NCBI GenBank assembly: GCA_963837175.1
Contig: CAWIMJ010000038.1
Span: forward strand, 1-12,178
Reading direction: 5' to 3'
From: an uncultured Nitrososphaeraceae archaeon
GTDB lineage: Archaea; Thermoproteota; Nitrososphaeria; Nitrososphaerales; Nitrososphaeraceae
Length of the DNA: 12,178 nucleotides
A program made the translations under genes and the position numbers. The notes under the pieces are model-generated. The model was not told where the DNA came from. It saw only the letters and a list, made by a program, of their open reading frames with translations, and did no database searches. This document shows, in pieces, positions 7,936-12,178 of this stretch (its first letter is position 1; every line of letters starts with the position of its first letter).

Positions 7936-8231
7936 TTTAATTTTGAAGGAGCTGCTGCTATAAATTCTGCTACAGAATGAGTTTGTATCTTACCAATCTA
8001 AAGTTTAAAATTTATACAGGAGTATTTTGATATCATTATTAACATCATAAATTTATTTTTCTCTGTACCGCTCCTAATGTGAAAAAACTGCTAAATACTA
8101 TCTTTCAACTATCATCCGTTAACGTCATTTATTTTTCTACTATTTTATAGGCATTCTCAATACGCCTTATATTTCCATATTGGTCGGAATTCATTTAAAC
8201 TTTAATCCTTAATTGATTAATTCTACATATA

Positions 8232-8240
8232 TATTATATA
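8232..8240 (+). promoter_or_regulatory. TATA box for the glycosyltransferase gene
   Basis: TATTATATA at -31 to -23 from ATG 8263. Confidence 0.45.
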
Positions 8241-8262
8241 GAGTATCTACAAGTGAAAACGT

Positions 8263-9702
8263 ATGGTGGCTGATTTTCCTAATATATTGGGTATAATTAG
8301 AGGTATTACAATTGACACTTCGTTACTTGTGTTATTTTTAATAATCATTACTTCATGGCTTTACCTTTTTCTCATCTCTATCAGGTCTTATCTTCTTACT
8401 CCTTCTATTTTTTCTGAAAAAAAACAGCAGCGAAGAATGACATCTATTTCATCAAATCTAGAGTATACCAAAAATAAAAAAATAATAAAATGTATTGTAG
8501 ATAAGGATAAGAAGAATATGTCTCCTGATGATATTGCTTTTTATTCTGAAAAGGACACATGTCCCCAACTCTCATCCTTTCCATTCGTAAGTATCATAGT
8601 ACCTGCAAGAAATGAGCAAGACAATATTGAAAGATGTATTCTTTCTTTGCTTGGCCAGAACTATCCAAATTTTGAAGTTATTGCAATAGATGATAATTCA
8701 ACTGATGCTACTTTAGATATATTGCAAAATATCAAAAGCAGAGAAACAAACCTACAAGCAAAGACATTAAAAATTTTGTCTTTAACTGATAAACCAACCG
8801 ATTGGACTGGCAAAACTTGGGCTTCACAACAAGGATACCTGACAAGTAATGGAAATGTTTTACTATTTACTGATGCTGACACCTACTTTAGCAGCAAAGA
8901 TGCTATATTGTTGACTATTTTATATATGCAAAAGGAAGATCTTGATGTGTTAACTGGTATTCCTTGCATAGAACTTCGTGATTTTTGGTCAAAGATTACA
9001 ATGCCAGTATGGAATCATTTTTCCATACTCTTGGGTGCAAACACAGCTTGTATGAATAATCCAAAGTGTAAGACAGCATATCTTAATGGGAGCTTTATTA
9101 TGATAAATAGGAAGGTCTTTGAAGAGATCGGAACATATCAATCTGTTCGTAAATCTATACAAGAAGATAGATCACTCGGGATACGTATTAAGAAAGCAGG
9201 CTACAATATGAAAATTGTCAGGATAGACAAGATTATGTCAGCTCTTTGGTCTCGCGACCTTCATACCCTATGGCATGGAATAGGAAGGACACTTGCCCCT
9301 ATGAACAGGTTGCAGATAGTTATGAATTTGCTAATTATGTTTTTCATGGTCATGTTACCATTTCTAATTACTATCTATAGTTTATCAATTGCTGTTATCC
9401 AGCAACAGTTTGAGTTTATACCCCTCTTACAATTTTCTGTAGATGATTTTCATTTAGTTGTATTAATTCTAAACGTAGTATCTTCTATTATTGTAATTGC
9501 TGCAGTAGCAATAAAAGACATCAAAAAATACAAAATTACACCAATTTATTCCCTACTAGCCTTTTTAGGTGCAATTTTTCTGATGGCTGGTTACATTACT
9601 AATATTATTCCATTATTGATATCAGACAAAGTAAAATCGATAGTATGGAGAGAAAGAAAACAACGGTATAGCAAAAAAGAAGAAGAGAGATTTGCAGCAT
9701 GA
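8263..9702 (+). CDS. Membrane-bound family 2 glycosyltransferase (HpnB/CrtQ/CruC-like)
   Basis: 479 aa. N-terminal TM helix, SIIVPARNE, IDDNSTD, KPTDWTGKTWA, LFTDADT (DxD), NGSFIMI, QEDRSLG (catalytic ED), and 3 C-terminal TM helices. Confidence 0.93.
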   Translation: MVADFPNILGIIRGITIDTSLLVLFLIIITSWLYLFLISIRSYLLTPSIFSEKKQQRRMTSISSNLEYTKNKKIIKCIVDKDKKNMSPDDIAFYSEKDTCPQLSSFPFVSIIVPARNEQDNIERCILSLLGQNYPNFEVIAIDDNSTDATLDILQNIKSRETNLQAKTLKILSLTDKPTDWTGKTWASQQGYLTSNGNVLLFTDADTYFSSKDAILLTILYMQKEDLDVLTGIPCIELRDFWSKITMPVWNHFSILLGANTACMNNPKCKTAYLNGSFIMINRKVFEEIGTYQSVRKSIQEDRSLGIRIKKAGYNMKIVRIDKIMSALWSRDLHTLWHGIGRTLAPMNRLQIVMNLLIMFFMVMLPFLITIYSLSIAVIQQQFEFIPLLQFSVDDFHLVVLILNVVSSIIVIAAVAIKDIKKYKITPIYSLLAFLGAIFLMAGYITNIIPLLISDKVKSIVWRERKQRYSKKEEERFAA

Positions 9703-10038
9703 ACCTACAAAATGTACCAATAATAATGCAGTCAGAGTAATCACAATTCTGATTCTGGCATGAGTACTTACAATATTAAGCAGGAATCTTGAACAGAACA
9801 AGACGAACTTGTTAAAGAATGGGTTCGTAAAGCGGTATTACGGTATTGTATTTCATAGTTTAGCAGTTTAGAGCTTCAATTGTTTTATGAATCATCATTT
9901 TAGTATCCTGTCTATGTCCTCTCTAATTGAACTTTTATAATATCATTCCATAGAAGATATCTAATATTTTCATTATTAGGTAGATAGATATATGTTTTAT
10001 ATTCACGTATATGTGAATGATAGTACAGTGGACTAGAT

Positions 10039-10272
10039 ATGCAAAAAATCTTGATTTCTGCACCAGAACTGGTTGTCAATAAATTAGAAGAGAAGTTAAG
10101 ACACAAATATGATGTTCAAATTAAAACAATTCCTAATGATGTTAGCGCTGTCTGTGAAATAAAGGCAAATATAAGAAGGAAATGGATTACAATTTGTCGG
10201 TTTGCCTATGATGAAAATTTAAAAGACATATTGACAATGTTTGAAGTTAATTATGAATTGAAAACAAGGTAG
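10039..10272 (+). CDS. Small hypothetical protein (77 aa), soluble alpha/beta
   Basis: ATG start, normal protein-like composition with amphipathic helix and strand patterning. No functional motif recognised. Confidence 0.8.
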   Translation: MQKILISAPELVVNKLEEKLRHKYDVQIKTIPNDVSAVCEIKANIRRKWITICRFAYDENLKDILTMFEVNYELKTR

Positions 10273-10792
10273 TCAGATTGCTTTAACAGGATTAGATGTC
10301 TTCAATACAAGCAAATATCAAAGACACACGTGAGATAAATTTGCCCAGGATTATAAGAAGGGCCGTTATTATAATTGGAAGTATACAACAATAATGAGCG
10401 GATACTATAAAGCATTGGTAAGAAATGTATTCTATTAAATAACAGTATCCTTGCTTATTAGAACTAAAATGTACCGACTCGTCATTTTTAAATTAGTGTG
10501 ATTTATAATGAATAAAGGGGAATTTGAAGAAACCACTTATAAAAATATATAGATATTAAAAGGTAAATCACTTCATCATCTATTTTTCAATTTCCATATT
10601 TCAAGATCATGCAGTTAGAAGACCTATTTGAACTAGTAGTTATTACAATGTATGTGCAATACTACTAAATTTAGGGGAGATTTATTTTACCGTCAAAAGT
10701 AGATTAGATGGATAGCATAACCTTAAAATAAAACAGAGAGCATTGAGTAAGACTAGGTTTCCCTATCAAGAAAGGTATCTTTAACATTTTAT

Positions 10793-10804
10793 AAAAAAGA
10801 GAAA
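10793..10804 (-). terminator. Oligo-T archaeal terminator after the zinc-finger gene
   Basis: Minus strand reads TTTCTCTTTTTT starting 8 nt after the TAG stop at 10812. Confidence 0.45.
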
Positions 10805-10811
10805 TTTAATC

Positions 10812-11027
10812 CTATCTGTGTCTACGTACATCTACTTTCTTCTTCTTTTCTTCTTGTATGTGATGAAGTCTATCCTTTTCATGTAAGAACTGCATCCCAC
10901 AATTATGGCATTTTATAACAGGCTTGTGATGTTCTTCCTTTGCATGTTTAAACAACTCTTCTTCTTTATCAAATGCTTGATGACATACTTCACAATGATT
11001 TTTCTTATGATATAGTAAGAAACCCAA
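10812..11027 (-). CDS. Small tandem C2H2-type zinc-finger protein
   Basis: Finger 1 CEVC-HQA-F-DKEEE-L-FK-H-AKEE-H is canonical. Finger 2 CHNC-GMQ-F-LHEKD-R-LH-H-IQEE lacks the last His. Basic tail KKKKVDVRRHR. Confidence 0.88.
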   Translation of the reverse strand: MGFLLYHKKNHCEVCHQAFDKEEELFKHAKEEHHKPVIKCHNCGMQFLHEKDRLHHIQEEKKKKVDVRRHR

Positions 11028-11050
11028 TACTTATATTCAATGCATACGAT

Positions 11051-11058
11051 TATATAAG
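11051..11058 (-). promoter_or_regulatory. TATA box for the zinc-finger gene
   Basis: Minus strand CTTATATA at -31 to -24 from TTG 11027. Confidence 0.55.
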
Positions 11059-11209
11059 GTATAACTGATAGCAACATTTTCTATGTCCTCCATTAAATAA
11101 TTATGCATTTTCTACCAATTCATCAAAATTTTTAATAGAGAATCTAAAAGAACTATTCCCAATATTATTCCTATACGATATTAATATTATGTTTAATATA
11201 CAACACTGT

Positions 11210-11671
11210 ATGAGTGCAACTAGTGACAGAAAGAAGGATAGTGAAAAGAACATGTCTAATGCAGCTCAAGGTATTCAAGGTACTTCAGATATAACGAATG
11301 TTGGTGATGCATCCAGAGATATCACAGATACCGGAGATGTAGATAGAGCAAGCATAGCGAAAGGTAAAGGAATTCAGGAAGATGTAACTGCAGCAGATAT
11401 AACTAGAGGAAAGACACCACATGGCGCTGTAACTCAAGGAGTGACGCCGACAGGTTCAGGAGGAATTAATTCTAGAGAAGCAACAGACACTGAAGATGTA
11501 TCCAAAGTAATTAGTTCTGGAACCTCATTGACAAAATCTGAGGGTATTGATAAAACAGATATCTATTCTACCTCTGACGATGGTACTAGAGACATGAAGA
11601 GAGCCCAAGAAAAACCAGTAAAAAAAGTTGAAGATAAAGAAAAGGGGACCTGGAAGATTAAGGAAGACTAA
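11210..11671 (+). CDS. Hydrophilic low-complexity, likely disordered protein (153 aa; ORF track starts at 11189)
   Basis: Rich in D/T/S/G/K/E with almost no aromatic residues and short internal repeats (SDITNVGD/RDITDTGD, TRGKTP/TQGVTP). ATG 11210 fits an AT-rich TATA-like tract at about 11180-11188 better than ATG 11189 does. Confidence 0.8.
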   Translation: MSATSDRKKDSEKNMSNAAQGIQGTSDITNVGDASRDITDTGDVDRASIAKGKGIQEDVTAADITRGKTPHGAVTQGVTPTGSGGINSREATDTEDVSKVISSGTSLTKSEGIDKTDIYSTSDDGTRDMKRAQEKPVKKVEDKEKGTWKIKED

Positions 11672-11802
11672 CGATACAGCAGGTAGTAGATAGAAAGGCA
11701 AAATAGATCAAATGACATTGATACTCGGTATAGGGATTGTAGTTAACGACTATAAGCAGCAAAGCTAAATGCTAAAAACAGCTGAACCCATCTACCAGCA
11801 AA

Positions 11803-11823
11803 GCTCGAATTCCGCCGAACCCG
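11803..11823 (+). other. Degenerate tRNA 3'-end-like sequence, candidate att site
   Basis: GCTCGAATTCCGCCGAACCCG matches a T-loop plus acceptor-strand pattern GTTCGAATCCCGCCGGACCCG at 18 of 21 positions. It is GC-rich in an AT-rich context, has no tRNA 5' half, and sits 45 nt upstream of the integrase remnant. Confidence 0.5.
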
Positions 11824-11868
11824 ATTCACTAGTGTATCATTTTATAGGACTACATCATTAAATACGAT

Positions 11869-12114
11869 ATGACCATTCAGGTAGCCTCTCCTGAGTCAAT
11901 AATTCCATTGAGTGTCACCTTATGCTAAGTTCAAGATGACATTAAAATCAAAAGAAGTTCAAAGACAATATCCAACCTATTAGAAAGGTTTCTGGATTTC
12001 GGTAAGTTCGAAGGTCTTGATGTGGAACAAAAGGCCACCAATTTCTGTGATTTTGTCAAGTCCAAAACCTCAGAAGAAATCGGGAATATAATGGATAAAC
12101 TTATTCCAGCATAA
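11869..12114 (+). pseudogene. N-terminal remnant of a thaumarchaeal tyrosine integrase
   Basis: MTIQVASPESIIPL / SPYAKFKMTLKSKEVQRQYP / LLERFLDFGKFEGLDVEQKATNFCDFVKSKTSEEIGNIMDKLIPA* with two compensating frameshifts (about 11911 and 11976). It resembles the N-terminus of Nitrososphaeraceae integrases (KSxExxRQYPxxLxxFLDF...LEEKA). The catalytic domain is absent. Confidence 0.75.
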
Positions 12115-12178
12115 TACCTACATTAGCTAGGTGGGGTTGTAGTCGATAGAAATGTATTTAATATCTTACTGATTTCAT

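Noticed and set aside
8661-8882. 73-aa minus-strand ORF
   Set aside because: Antisense shadow inside the GT2 gene.
9912-10106. 64-aa minus-strand ORF
   Set aside because: Overlaps the 5' end and upstream region of the more credible 77-aa plus-strand gene and has no motif.
10273-10790. Short open frames and a TAAATAACAGTATCC IS-end-like string near 10436-10450
   Set aside because: No recognisable protein fragments, and the end-like string is too degenerate to call.
11803-11823. Intact tRNA gene
   Set aside because: Only a 3'-end-like fragment is present, with no D-arm, anticodon arm or complementary 5' acceptor strand.

Overview
AT-rich (roughly 30% GC by eye) archaeal DNA. Gene content, TATA-box spacing and integrase/IS remnants point to a soil ammonia-oxidising archaeon of the Nitrososphaeraceae (inference, not a database result). 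Only about half the window is intact coding sequence (about 6.06 kb of 12.18 kb). Genes present: a membrane-anchored spermidine-synthase-like/SAM methyltransferase gene split by a +1 frameshift (2462-4916, minus), a secreted Ig-like-domain protein with nested 15-bp tandem repeats (6295-7401), a membrane GT2 glycosyltransferase (8263-9702), a 77-aa hypothetical, a tandem C2H2 zinc-finger protein, a hydrophilic disordered protein, and a 40-aa single-TM microprotein missing from the ORF track (1764-1886). The apparent intergenic DNA is largely decayed genes: an hsp20 pseudogene, an IS6-family transposase remnant with one terminal repeat, two tyrosine-integrase remnants (one next to a degenerate tRNA-3'-like att site) and probable zinc-finger remnants. 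I see no CRISPR array, rRNA or intact tRNA. I cannot support a complete novel multi-gene system; the best leads are the split methyltransferase, the repeat-bearing surface protein with its C-terminal PFxLPF motif, and the microprotein. Family assignments rest on motif recognition from memory and need HMM confirmation.
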